A stretch of 62,803 nucleotides of DNA, counting the filler, from Chiloscyllium plagiosum (lineage: Eukaryota), in the NCBI RefSeq assembly GCF_004010195.1. It is 4 parts of one record of this genome, joined end to end, with 100 filler letters (N's around TTAATTAATTAA, not from the genome) between each part and the next. Parts side by side here need not be neighbours in the genome. Positions count along the whole stretch, not along the records: positions 18,593 to 48,904 come from NC_057714.1; 3 more parts are not named here. One strand, written 5' to 3'. A model generated the notes under the pieces. The model was not told the origin of the DNA. It saw nothing but the letters and a program-made list of their open reading frames with translations, and ran no database searches. The translations under genes were made by a program, and so were the position numbers. Shown here piece after piece: positions 25,753 to 37,628 of this stretch (position 1 is its first letter; every line of letters begins with the position of its first letter).

Positions 25753-26229
25753 TTTAATTACCCTCTAGTTATAAGATGTCTACGAAAAAAAATGATGTTA
25801 AGTCAATTGTTATAATGTAACTTCCAAAACATGAAATATTCACGGGTCACTAATTTCTTCTTAAAAGCTAATGGTCTCTAAGGAACTATTTTATTTAAAG
25901 AAAGAATGAACCTCTTATTTCCCTCTCTTCCTTTATTTTCTGTGCAGATACAGCAAAGTTCTATGGATATCCACTATCCTCTAATAGAGACATGGGCACT
26001 CAGTGTATGCAGATTATTTTAATATTGGAAGGCAATCACAATCAAGTCTTTACTTTCACTTAAACTCCAACTCCTAGTTATAATGACTGGATTTGTTGTA
26101 TTGTCAGTAATATGGCTGATCCGGTGTCTGGCCCTAGTTTGTGTTATTATGGCAGCTTGGTTTTCTTATCCATTGAATTTTCCACAACTGAATGACTTCC
26201 TAGGTCCATTCATGGCCCATTAAGAGCCA

Positions 26230-27125
26230 AGCTGAAAATGTGTTGCTGGAAAAGTGCAGCAGGTCAGGCAGCATCCAGGGAACAGGAGAACGCCCCTGTT
26301 ATCCGACGCCCCTCCCCCAAGTCCCTCCTCCCTACCTTTTATCCAGCGCCCCTCCCCCAAGTCCCTCCTCCCTACCTTTTATCCAGCGCCCCTCCCCCAA
26401 GTCCCTCCTCCCTACCTTTTATCCAGCGCCCCTCCCCCAAGTCCCTCCTCCCTACCTTTTATCCAGCGCCCCTCCCCCAAGTCCCTCCTCCCTACCTTTT
26501 ATCCAGCGCCCCTCCCCCAAGTCCCTCCTCCCTACCTTTTATCCAGCGCCCCTCCCCCAAGTCCCTCCTCCCTACCTTTTATCCAGCGCCCCTCCCCCAA
26601 GTCCCTCCTCCCTACCTTTTATCCAGCGCCCCTCCCCCAAGTCCCTCCTCCCTACCTTTTATCNNNNNNNNNNNNNNNNNNNNNNNNNNNNNNNNNNNNN
26701 NNNNNNNNNNNNNNNNNNNNNNNNNNNNNNNNNNNNNNNNNNNNNNNNNNNNNNNNNNNNNNNNNNNNNNNNNNNNNNNNNNNNNNNNNNNNNNNNNNNN
26801 NNNNNNNNNNNNNNNNNNNNNNNNNNNNNNNNNNNNNNNNNNNNNNNNNNNNNNNNNNNNNNNNNNNNNNNNNNNNNNNNNNNNNNNNNNNNNNNNNNNN
26901 NNNNNNNNNNNNNNNNNNNNNNNNNNNNNNNNNNNNNNNNNTTAGCACCGCCTTCCTAACCTGCAATCTTCTTCCTGACCTCTCCGCCCCCACCCCAGTC
27001 TGACCTATCACCCTCACCTTGACCTCTTTCCACCTATCACATTTCCGACGCCCCTCCCCCAAGTCCCTCCTCCCTACCTTTTATCTTAGCCTGCTGGACA
27101 AACTTTCCTCATTCCTGAAGAAGGG
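26230..27125 (+). mobile_element. Larger PLE (family A) 3' region with inverted pLTR, spanning a gap
   Basis: Inverted pLTR at 26230-26290; the pyrimidine-rich pLTR leader ends in CATTCCTGAAGAAGGG, the start of the hammerhead. Confidence 0.75.
26301..26663. repeat. 40-bp minisatellite, at least 9 copies, running into an N gap
   Basis: Unit ATCCAGCGCCCCTCCCCCAAGTCCCTCCTCCCTACCTTTT; a single copy occurs at ~27045-27085. Confidence 0.95.
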
Positions 27126-27296
27126 ACATCATAGTTAGATGCAGGAAAATTGTCAATTTGATCACACATTTTCAGTTTGGGGTATTTGGAGAAATTCAGT
27201 AAGGACATGAGGATAGAAGTAATGTTGAAAGGATTGGATGAGGTCGGGAGTGAAATGCCTGTCGGAGACAACAAACACTGGCATTGAACTAAAATA

Positions 27297-27680
27297 AACC
27301 AAGAGCTGCAAATGCTGGAAATCTGAAACAAAACCAGCAATTGTCGGAGAAACTCAGCAGATCTGGCAGCCTATGTGGGGAAAAAGCAGAGCCTTCATCA
27401 GAACTAGCAACAGCTAGGAAAAGGTGGTGTATATACACTGATGGAAGGGGATGGGGTGGGACTGGTAAAGGAGTGAGAGGATAAGCAGAGATAGAGCCCA
27501 GGAAGAGAAAGTCAGGCAGACAAGGGGTGGAGAATGGTGAGCCAGAGAAGGAGAAAAACTGATAAAGGGGACCAAAGTTAGTGAAAACGGTTTTGCTGCT
27601 GAAAATAGCCCCTGTGATGAGAGTATGCAATGAAACACTGAGCATGAGTTTCCCCTCCCTGGATGCAACAAGAGAGGTAC
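27297..27680 (-). mobile_element. PLE 3' region (family B)
   Basis: GCTGGAAATCTGAAACAAAA...CTCAGCAGATCTGGCAGC...CCTTCATCAGAACT followed by a purine-rich leader, mirroring 29850-30210. Confidence 0.65.
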
Positions 27681-27784
27681 TTAGTATTAGAAATAATGAT
27701 ACGATTTGGCCCTGGAGAGAAATCATTTCTTGATACTCAACAAATAAGTGCTGGATGACAAGGTTCTTTGGGGATGTTAGGGAC

Positions 27785-28560
27785 CATAAGATTGTAAGCT
27801 ATAGGAGCAGAATTAGGCCATTCAGCCCATTGAGTCTGCTCAATCATGGCTGATCAACCCCATTCTCCTGCCTTCTCCCTGTAACACTTGAACCTCTTAT
27901 TAATCAAGAATCTATCTATCTCTGTCTTCATACACTCAATGACTTAGCCTCCAGTAATGAGTTCCATATATTCACCACGTTCTGGCTGAAAAAATCCAAA
28001 GACCAACAAATAATACAGTATAGGAACAGGCCCCTTGGCCCACCAAGCCTGTACCAACACATTTTGCCCTTCCATCCAAAAACTGTCTTCACTTATTCCT
28101 TCTCATCTCAGTTCTAAGGGACCATCCTTTCACTCTGAGGTTGTGCAGCCAGGTCCTAGTCCACTTTACCCAGGCCTCTCAGTGTTCTGTACATTTCAAT
28201 CAGAATCCCCCCTCATCCTTTTAACCTCCATCAAATACAGATAGAGTCCTCAACAACTCCTCATTATGACAAGCCCTTCATCCCCGTGATCATTCTTTCA
28301 AACCTTCTCTTAGACCGCCTCCACATCTTTCCTTAGATATGGGGTCTAAAACTGCTCTCAGTATTCCAAATGTGAACTGACCAAAGCTTTATACAACCTC
28401 TGCAGTTCAACCCGCTCAAAACAAATGTCAACATTGCATTTGCCTTCCTATCTGCCAATGGAACTCGCATGTTAAAATTAAAAGAATCCTGAACTAGGAC
28501 TCCCAAGTCCATTTGTGCTTCAAATTTCCAAAGCCTTTCCTTGTTTAGAAAATAATCGAT
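27785..28560 (-). mobile_element. CR1 3' fragments (nested)
   Basis: AQMDLGVLVQDS...KANAML and typical CR1 3' UTR. Confidence 0.75.
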
Positions 28561-29261
28561 TCCTCCTACCTGTTCTTGACTCAACAGCAATTAAATCCCT
28601 TAGGTGGTCAATTAATCACAACTTAGGGCCTCAACTAATTATCTCCCCAGTCACCAACTGCTCCAGCAAGCAGGAAAGACAGCTAGTTTCCTGACTGGGA
28701 AATCATAATGACCTGCCTTAGGAGTTTATGGAATTTGCTCCCATTCAGTGGCACAAACAGGAGGGCCTCTTAAAACAACACACTGCCATTGATTCCAACT
28801 ACCTTTCCACATGACCCCTCAGCCAGCAATAATAACATTAAAATGGCTTTCCTTTTTGCCACCGGATCTCCCAAGGAGTCTGCCTCATCTCCAGTATACT
28901 TTAGCACTCAGAATCTGCCAGCAGCTAATCGGATCATGAAAAGTTGCTAGCCAGAATGTCAGTGTCGAGAGCTGTGATAGGGCAAGGTACTAACCCATGC
29001 TTGGTTGTCGGTTCTTAATGAGCTGATTGATGGACGATTGTGTGAGATATTTCAACATTAAGTCTGGTATCTTTGTACCATCCGGCACACCCATTCAAAA
29101 CAATTTGGAAAATCACACTCACTATTTTGGTCTCATTTTTGGATGTATGCAGGAATCACAAATAAATAAAACTTAATTGAACAGTTGTACATATCATAAC
29201 AGGATACAGATCACATAGAATAACAAGAAACTTAGAAATAGTTTAGGCAGAGGTAATATGG

Positions 29262-29628
29262 AGTTATAGAGTCATAAAGCACAGAAACAGACCCTTTGGT
29301 CCAACTCCTCCATGCCAACCAAGTTTCCCAAACTAACCTAGTCCCATTTGCCAGCATTTGGTCCATAATTCCTCTATACTCTGCTTATTCACATACCTGT
29401 ACAAATGTCTTTGAAATGTTGTAACTGTACCTGCATTGACCACTTCTTCTGGCAGTTCATTCCACACACCACCCTCTGTGTGAAAGTTGCTCCTCAGGTC
29501 CCTTTTAAATCTTCCTCTTCTCGCCTTAAAATTATGCCCTCTAGTTTTGAACTAGAGAAATTTGAGGGGAAAAAAAAACCTTTGCTATTCACTTTATCTA
29601 TGCCCCTCATGATTTTATAGACCTCTAC
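29262..29628 (-). mobile_element. CR1/HER1 3' fragment
   Basis: Similarity to 1630-2000. Confidence 0.8.
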
Positions 29629-29629
29629 T

Positions 29630-30210
29630 GTATACAATCATCTGCATTGTGTCTGCAGAAATAACCCTCAGCTTCTGGTTGCTTGCCATCACAACACACC
29701 ACCCTGTTCCTCGACCAATGTCTTTGTCTCAGGCTTGCTGCAGTGCTCCAGCAAAGTCCAGCACAAGCTGGAAGAACAACACCTCATTTCCTCGAGGGAA
29801 CCTTGCAACCTCCTGGACTCAATATCGAGTTCAACAATTTTAGAGCTTAAGCACTTCTCCCCTGTCCTACCCCAACCCCCACAGAGCAGACCTTGGTCAT
29901 CACGAACCGTTACCACAAACAACCCATTGTCATTGCAGTCTCCATTAGCAGCTCTTCATTCCCCCAGAGTGACCTTTACCCATTGCCTGCCAAACTATTT
30001 TTCACTCTCTCTGGGCTCCATCTCCATCTATCACTTTTTCCTTTCCCCACCAACCCCAACCCCATCATCTTCAGCACAAATACCCACCTTTTTTCTCAGC
30101 TGTGGTCAGTTCTGAGCAATGGTCACTGGACCCAAAATAATAACTCTGATTTCTCTCTACAGATGCTGCCAGACTTGCTGAGTTTTTCTGGCAATTTCTG
30201 TTTTAGTTTG
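29630..30210 (+). mobile_element. Penelope-like element 3' end: GIY-YIG endonuclease C-terminal remnant plus pLTR
   Basis: HLHCVCRNNPQLLVACHHN...GLLQCSSKVQHKLEEQHLI/GTLQPPGLNIEFNNFRA* (stop 29848-29850); decayed hammerhead at ~30108-30145. Confidence 0.8.
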
Positions 30211-30599
30211 TGACTATTCCTCAATTCGGTTTTTTAATAACACCTTTTACTGTATGTGTTGGTTTCTGCTGGTACTAACTGGGCTGCCTTGGGTAGATTC
30301 ACTGCTTCTATTCCTCCTTATTGGGAAAGGTCTACATTACTGACTGAAAGTGCCAAAGGAAGCCGACACTATATCTTAAAGCAGAAAATGAACATGGTCC
30401 TGATGGACAGTAAACAGGTTTATCATCTATTTCTTAATAGCAAATTACATTACATCTGAGTTACATGATGATCGCTTCTGAGTATTCTCATATACTATTG
30501 ATAACAAACACAGAACCATACAGCACTGATTCACTCCTTGCAGCAACATTCCTACATACCCTGATGGGCAAAGTATATCTTAAACAATGACAAGAGTAC

Positions 30600-31348
30600 A
30601 GGAAAGAGACAGACAGCTTAGGTGGCACGGTATGGAGACAACAATTTCTACCAATGTCAGCAAAACGAAGGAGCTGGTGATCAACGGCATGAAGCAGAGT
30701 AGTGGCCACACCCCTGTCTGTATCAACGGTGCTGAGGTGGAGGTGGTTATGAGCTTCAAGTTCCAAGGAGTAAGTATCATTAACAATCTGTCCTGGTTCA
30801 TCCACGTTGATGCTACAGTCAAGAAAGCACACCGATGCCTGTACTTCCTCAGAAGGCTAAGGAAATTCGACATGTCTGCAATGACTCTTACCAATTTTTC
30901 CAAATGCACCATAGAAAGCATTCTATCTGGATGCATCACAGTTTGGTAAGGCAACTGCTCTGCCCAAGACCTCAAGAAATTAGAGCCCAGTCCATCACAC
31001 AAACAAGCCTTCCTTACATTGGTTCCATGTATACTTCCCACTGCCTCAGGAAAGCAACCGACATCATCAAAGACTCCTCCCACCCCAGTTATACCCTCAC
31101 CTACCCTCTTCCGTCAGGCAGCAGATATGCTTAAACCAACAAATATAAGAACAACTTCTTCCCTGCTGTTATCAGACTTTTGAACAGACCTCTCATATTA
31201 AAGTTTGCCTTTCTCTGCACCTCCTCTGTAGCTGTAATATTATATTCTGCATTCTGTTGTATTACCCTGATGTATTTATACAAGGTATGATTTGGCTGGC
31301 CAGCACGCACATTAATATTTTTCACTCTATCACAGTGACAATAATGCA
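30600..31348 (+). mobile_element. Rex1/Babar-type LINE 3' fragment
   Basis: NVSKTKELVI...SFKFQGV...LSW...KKAHRCLYFLRRLRKF...TIESILSGCITVW; (CAAAT)n tail. Confidence 0.88.
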
Positions 31349-31939
31349 TCAAACCAAATCAAATCAAGGTAAATGATGTCAGTTAACCCTTTCAGGTCTT
31401 AGCTATCTTATACAGCACTTTGTGCTTTTATTTCAATCTCCCAGATCCATAACATTTTCGCTTTGTCTGAGTCAGCGACATGCTGCCTGGCTGGGTAAAG
31501 GAATTGTTTTCCTAATTCCTTAAAGATGAATTATAAAGTAAATATGACCCTACTGCAACAAATAAGACTGCAATGGAATTACATTTAAAAGGAAGAATGC
31601 CATTTAAAAATCAATAACAGATGGAACTTGGAATGAATGTTGATCAATTTTGGAACTAGTTCTGGCAAATTTCTGAACTCCATCTCAAGTATTCAGTTCA
31701 TTAGATATAATCTCATGAACGATGTGGTCAGTGCTGAGGTTTGTGACAGAATTGGATGAGAAAGCTAGCTAGACTGACCTCATGAATGGGAGCATCTCCC
31801 TCGATCTTGTATATTTTCACAGCAGCCTGGAGAGACTCTCACCAAGCAGCTGCAAGTTGCCAACTGAAGGTGATTGAGATTTGTTTTGCTCATTGATGAT
31901 GACCCAACTCACCCTTAATATCTAATATTAGTATTTATA

Positions 31940-32660
31940 ATGTGGGATAATGTGAGGCTTTCCATTTTGGAAGGCAGAACAAAACAGCAGTTTATTTAAT
32001 TGGAGAAAAACTGCTGAAAGGGTTTTGTGGATACTTGTACATGAAACAAAGCTAGCACACAGGACCAACAATGTTGACAGTTATTTCAAGGGGTTTGGAG
32101 TTTAAGAATAGGGAAATCTTACTGCAATTGTACAAAATGCTGGTGAGACCACATCTGGTGTATTGTGAGCTGTTTTGAATCCCTTGTCTAAGAGAAGCTA
32201 TTGTTTCATTGGAGGTAGTTCGGAGAAGGTTCACTAGGTTCTCTCCGATATGGAGAGATTGTCTTATGAGCAAAGGTTGAGAATCTAATCATTGGAGTTT
32301 AGAAGAATGAGAGGTGATCACAATGAAACATAGAGGATTCTTAAAGAGCTTGACAGTGTAAATGATGAGAGGATGTTTCCCTTCATTGAGTCCAGGACCA
32401 AAGGGTATAGTCTCAGAATAAAGGGACAAAAATTTAAGCTGAGATGAGGAGAGATTTCCTGACTCTTTGGGTTCTGAATCTTTGGAACTCGTCGGTGAAT
32501 GGTGAAAAGCCTTAAGACGATGTCAACAGTTTGGTCCAATAGGAAGTCACATGGCAGATTAAATTTTAACCTGGTGAAGTTAAAACATTCCACATTCTGT
32601 TAGGAAGAGTGAGAAGAGGGAATAGAATTTGATGGCGTGTATGCAGGAGCAGAGGCTCCT
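31940..32660 (+). mobile_element. Decayed CR1 fragments
   Basis: LQLYKMLVRPHL...RRFTR...RMRGD motifs. Confidence 0.75.
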
Positions 32661-33114
32661 GGTTATATGTGTTATTATTGGACAAGTCAGATCCACCCTA
32701 ATATTTGGTTTGATAGACTTTTTTTTGTTTTAAAAAGATAATTTTTCATTGAAATGCAAACACACAATGAAATAACAATAAAATTTAGAACTTCTGCTTT
32801 TTAATTCATTCTTTGTTGAGTATCCTAATTTTTTTTCGCCAACTTACATACTTTCATCAGTTTCTCTCTGATAAGTGAATGTTCAAAGAATTTAAACCTG
32901 TTTTGAGTTTCAATTTATTAACATTCAACTAAAGGAACAAAAATAGGTCCCTTAGCCCATTAAGATGCTCCACCATTCAATAAGATCTAGGCTCAACTCT
33001 ACGTTGCTGTATATCCCCAATAATATTTCATACCCTTGATAATCAAACGTTTCTCTTTCATCAGTTTAAGTGGTCCCCTCCCGTCATGCGTATATATAGG
33101 AGTGGTCTGATTGC

Positions 33115-33502
33115 CAGTATCTTTACTGACAAGCAGTTACATAGGAATTCCTTTATCCGAATCATTAAGACATTCTTGGCAATAGGTTTCAATCATGATC
33201 TTTAAAGTTTGATGCCATATGTCCAATGTGCATTGAGTTTGTGGGTGATGAGCAGAAGGTGTAAGTTGTTTTATTCCCAAACTACAGATTGTTTCATTGA
33301 ACATTTGACAGTATCTTTACTGACAAGCAGTTACATAGGAATTCCTTTATCCGAATCATTAAGACATTCTTGGCAATAGGTTTCAATCATGATCTTTAAA
33401 GTTTGATGCCATATGTCCAATGTGCATTGAGTTTGTGGGTGATGAGCAGAAGGTGTAAGTTGTTTTATTCCCAAACTACAGATTGTTTCATTGAACATTT
33501 GA
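33115..33502. repeat. Exact 194-bp tandem duplication
   Basis: 33115-33308 appears identical to 33309-33502. Confidence 0.93.
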
Positions 33503-33829
33503 GGCTATAGATTATGGTTAAATACAATTCTGGTGCTGCTGAAGGCCCACAGTATGCCACTGCAGTGCTGGATCTGTTTGAAGTCTGTTCGATGTAGGAC
33601 GGTGACAGGTTGCAACTCTGTGATTCAGCAGCTTCGGCACTGGGTCTTTGCTAGACCACAGAATTTGCCAGATTACATGAGGTCACATGTTATGTTCAGC
33701 ATTGAAACAGGTTTGAAAAATGCTGGGTAGTATAAAATGAGATGCAAAGGAGTGTTTTTAAAGAATAAAGATGCTCACCATCTGTGAAATTCCAGCTGCT
33801 ATGTCAATGCTATGTCAGTTTCATGCTGC

Positions 33830-34700
33830 TGACAATCCTTCTGCTTTATACACAAGCAGACTGGGTTACAGTAGGGAATACTTGGCAGACAACACAATGG
33901 AGAGTAACAACACAATAACTGCACAGTGGTCACGCTCCCTGGATTGATGCATCTGGATCAGGTAGATAGGTAGTGATCAAGTCAAGTTTTTTCCTCTTGT
34001 TGGTTCCCACACACGACCTGTTGCAGGTTCTTCAGGACTCAGCCAGCCTGATCAATAGCTGGTCCACTTTTGGTGATGGAAATTAAAGTCCCCTATCCAG
34101 GATACATTCTGGTCCTCTGCCACCTTCAGTGTTTCTTTCACGTGCTGTTCAACATGGAGGAGCCCTGATTCATCAGCTGGTGGGATGGGACAGTACATTG
34201 TGAGTAGCAAGAGGTTCCCTTGCCAGCATTTGACATGATGCCATGAGAGCTCATGGCATCCTGGGTCAATATTGAGGACACCCCTGGGCTACTCCCTCCT
34301 GACTTTATACAATAGTATCCTCACCTGTAATTGGTTAGTGTTGCTGGTGGGATAGGACATACCAGGAATGATTATGCTAGTGTCTATGATACTGCCTGTA
34401 AGGTACAATTCCTTGAATCTGACTATGTCAGCCTGTTAGGAGAAAGTGAAGACTGCAGATGCTGGGGATCAGAGCTTAAAAATGTGTTGCTGGAAAAGCG
34501 CAGCAGGTCAGGCAGCATCAAAGGAAAAGGAGAATCGACGTTTCGGGTATAAGCCCTTCTTCAGCCTGTTGAATGACTACTCTATGGAATAGCTCTCCCA
34601 ATTTTAGTACAAGCTCCTGGATGTCAGTGAGGAGGAATTTGTAGGAAAAAGTCCATTTTATCCTCCACCTGTGCCCTCCAGCATCACAGATGCTAATCTT
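33830..34700 (-). mobile_element. CR1-clade LINE endonuclease-region fragment
   Basis: Reverse complement resembles an AP-endonuclease segment (VLWVGDFNVHH-like, near 34070-34110). Confidence 0.6.
34438..34560 (-). mobile_element. PLE pLTR (family A) with near-intact hammerhead
   Basis: 10-bp TSD TCAGCCTGTT (34428-34437, 34561-34570). Reverse complement CTGAAGA-A-GGGC-TTAT-ACCC-GAAAC-GTC-GATT. Confidence 0.85.
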
Positions 34701-35001
34701 CAGATTCATTCCACATGGTATTAGGAAAGAAGGAGGCACTGGATACTGCAAAGGTTATGACTCTTACACCTTTCTGGCAGTGTGGAAGATAAGTATTACA
34801 GGATTTGCTGTGGTCCTAGCCACCGTGCTGTGTTTGCTGTTGTCATTTCTGATGCCCAGTTTCCTTCCTTTCTTGAGACTCTGGGGTCGTTTGATATAAC
34901 TTATTAACTTAACGATATTATTTTGGAGGATGTTTAGGAATCAACTACATTTTTGTAGGTCTAGAGTCACACAAAAGTTATCTTTAGGTACAGCACCCTT
35001 G

Positions 35002-35312
35002 GGGTGGCATGGTGGCTCAGTGGTTAGCACTGCTGCCTCACAGCACCAGCAACCCAGGTTCGATTCCCGCCTTGGGCAACTGTCTGTGTGGAGTTTGCGT
35101 GGGTTTCCTTCTGGTTCTCCAGTTTCCTTCCACAATCTAAAGATGTGCAGGTCAGGTGAATTAGCCATGCTAAATTGTCCATAGTGTTAGGTAAATTAGT
35201 CAGGGGTAAATATAGGGTAGGGGAATGGGTCTGGGTGGGTTACTCTTCGGAAGGTCAGTGTGGACTTGTTGGACCAAATGGCCTGTTTTTATACCATAGA
35301 GAATCTAATCTA
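35002..35312 (+). mobile_element. HE1 SINE
   Basis: A and B boxes, HE1 body, AATCT tail. Confidence 0.9.
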
Positions 35313-35944
35313 GGTAGAACAACAGATCTCCTTCCCTTAATGATAAGTGAACTGAGTGGATTTATACCACAAACCGGCAGCTTCAGGGTTACTTACTTTC
35401 CAATTTGAGATTCTCTTAATTAGTTCAATTTAAATTCACTTGCTACATGGTGGGATTTGAACTCCTGTCTCTATCATTAGCCCGGTGGCATAACCACTAT
35501 GCTATTGTGCCCTTACTGTGGCTTGAGCAGAAAATATTGACATAAGAATGAAGAATTAATGTAAAAACCTATAACTGTGAAGAATGTTCAAATCACTGAT
35601 TTGTGTGAGTGGAAAAATACAGTTTGTTTAATGTAAAGTAACAGTTTGAGTTCTTATTCATGACCACATGTCCTTCACATAAGGACAATTCAGTGATCAA
35701 AAGCTAGATCAAAAAGATAAGTTTTGGAGTAATTAAAAAGGAGGAACATAGCAACAGAAGTGGACCATTCAGCCTGGGGAGTCTGCTCCATCTTTCAATT
35801 AGATCATTTTGATAATTTATCCCAATGACATTTTTCCATGCACTATCTCCATATTTCTTGATGATAAAAGAGAACAGGGAAATAGAGAGATTTAGGGAGG
35901 GAATGGATAGCGTAGGATCTTGGTAACTGAAGGTACCCAGATTT

Positions 35945-36622
35945 ACAGCAATTTTGGAAGAATGTTACAGATTGCAGGGGGACTTGGATAAACTGCAGAA
36001 TTGGGCTGAGAGGTGGCAAATGGAGTTCAATGCAGCTAAATGTGAGGTTGATGCACTTTGGGAAGAATAACAGGAAGGCAGAGTTTTGGGTCAATGGAAA
36101 GATTCTTGGCAGTGTGGATGTGCAGCAGGATCTTGGAGTCCATGTACAAAGATCCCTGAAAGTTGCCACCCAGGTGGATAGTGCTGTTAAGAAGGCATAC
36201 GGTGTATTAGGTTTCAATGGTAGAGGGATTGCGTTCCAGAACCGCAATATCATGCTGCAACTATACAAAATTCCGCATTTTGTACAATATTCTGGATCAG
36301 TGGTGCTGGAAGAGCACAGCAATTCAGGCAGCATCCGAAGACAGGCAAAATCGACGTTTCGGGCAAAAGCCCTTTTGTACAATAGCCTACTGTGGGGAAC
36401 CTTATCGAATGCCTTGCTGAAATCCATATACACCACATCAACTGGTTTACTCTCATCTACCTGTTTGGTCACTTTCTCAAAGAGCTCAATAAGATTTGTG
36501 AGGCACAACCTACCCTTCACAAAACCATGCTGACTATCCCTAATCAAATTATTCTTTTCTAGATGATTATAAATCCTATCTCTTATAACCTTTTCCAACA
36601 CTTTACCAACAACTGAAGTAAT
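35945..36622. mobile_element. CR1 RT fragments in opposite orientations, with a PLE insertion (36290-36372)
   Basis: + strand LQGDLDKLQNWAERWQMEFN...LQLYK; - strand TSVVGKVLE...DFSKAFDKVPHSRLL; PLE TSD TTTTGTACAATA (36278-36289, 36373-36384). Confidence 0.85.
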
Positions 36623-36692
36623 TGGTTGGAACAAAAACAGAAATTGTTGGTAAAGCTCAGCAGGTCTAGCAGCATCTGTGGAGAGAAATCAG

Positions 36693-36730
36693 AGTTAACG
36701 TTTCTGGTCAGGTGACCCTTCCTCAGAACT
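36693..36730 (-). ncRNA. Minimal hammerhead motif (PLE family B, element ~36630-36757)
   Basis: Reverse complement AGTT-CTGAGGA-AG-GGTC-ACCT-GACC-A-GAAAC-GTT-AACT; perfect 4-bp stem I. Confidence 0.72.
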
Positions 36731-37482
36731 TTTGTTTCTGATTTACAGCATCTGTAGCTCATAGAAGTCATTGGGTGGGTTGGATTTGGTCCTGCTTTTT
36801 GTGGACAGAATATCTACCTGCAATTTTTCACTGTGCCAAGTAGTTGCCAGTGTTGTAGCTATATTGGAACAGCTTGGCTAGGGCCACAGCAAATTCTGTA
36901 ATACATGTCATTCACACTGCCAGAAAGGTGTGAGTCATAGCATTTGCAGTATCCAGTGCCTCCATTCTTGTCATGTGGAATGAATCTGAAGATTGGCATC
37001 TGTGATGCTGGAGGCACAGGAGGAGGCTGAAATGGATGTTTTTCTACATTATAAATTACATGGATAAGACTTTTGCCACTTCCATTCAGCCACTTGGTCT
37101 CTCAAGCTGTGAGATATCCGAATTGGAGCAATTAAGCCTTAAGGCTGTTTAAATTTAAGCACCTATTAACATTGTTACATGATGGACCTGTCTTTTGAAA
37201 ATATTCTAGTCACCCTAGTCACCCACCCATCTCTAAACAGATTGATAAGAAAATATCTAAAGTAACACCATTTTGCCAAGAAAATGGCAGAAATGCCTTA
37301 AAACTGATTAATCTGCAGCCATAATAAGCTTTGGAAAATATTGATTGGAGGGGGGGGGGGAAGGCATTTTTGTGTCTCATGCCATTTTACTGTGACCTTT
37401 CTATAATTAAATGGATGTCAGGACCATTGATGGCCTCTCTTTTGATGATATGGGAAATTACCCTGACCTTAAAGGTCAGCAG

Positions 37483-37628
37483 ATGGAAATGTGTTGCTGG
37501 AAAAGCGCAGCAGGTCAGGCAGCATCTAGGGAACAGGAGAATCGACGTTTCGGGCATTAGCCCTTCTTCAGCCCTTCCAGCAACACATTTCCATCTCTGA
37601 TCTCCAGCATCTGCAGACCTCACTTTCT
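37483..37628. mobile_element. PLE insertion with inverted ends
   Basis: Perfect 16-bp TSD CCTTAAAGGTCAGCAG (37467-37482, 37629-37644). Confidence 0.9.
37541..37571 (-). ncRNA. Hammerhead core motif, intact
   Basis: Reverse complement CTGAAGA-A-GGGC-TAAT-GCCC-GAAAC-GTC-GAT; the 5' strand of stem I is lost at the inversion point. Confidence 0.7.

Noticed and set aside
26301..26663. Possible CRISPR-like array
   Set aside because: Contiguous units with no spacers, in a eukaryotic context.
26238..27003. Longest ORFs (235-249 aa, Pro-rich)
   Set aside because: They are translations of the 40-bp minisatellite plus an N gap.
35843..36634. 263-aa ORF with RT motifs
   Set aside because: Chimera of a CR1 fragment, a PLE insert and antisense CR1; not a functional gene.
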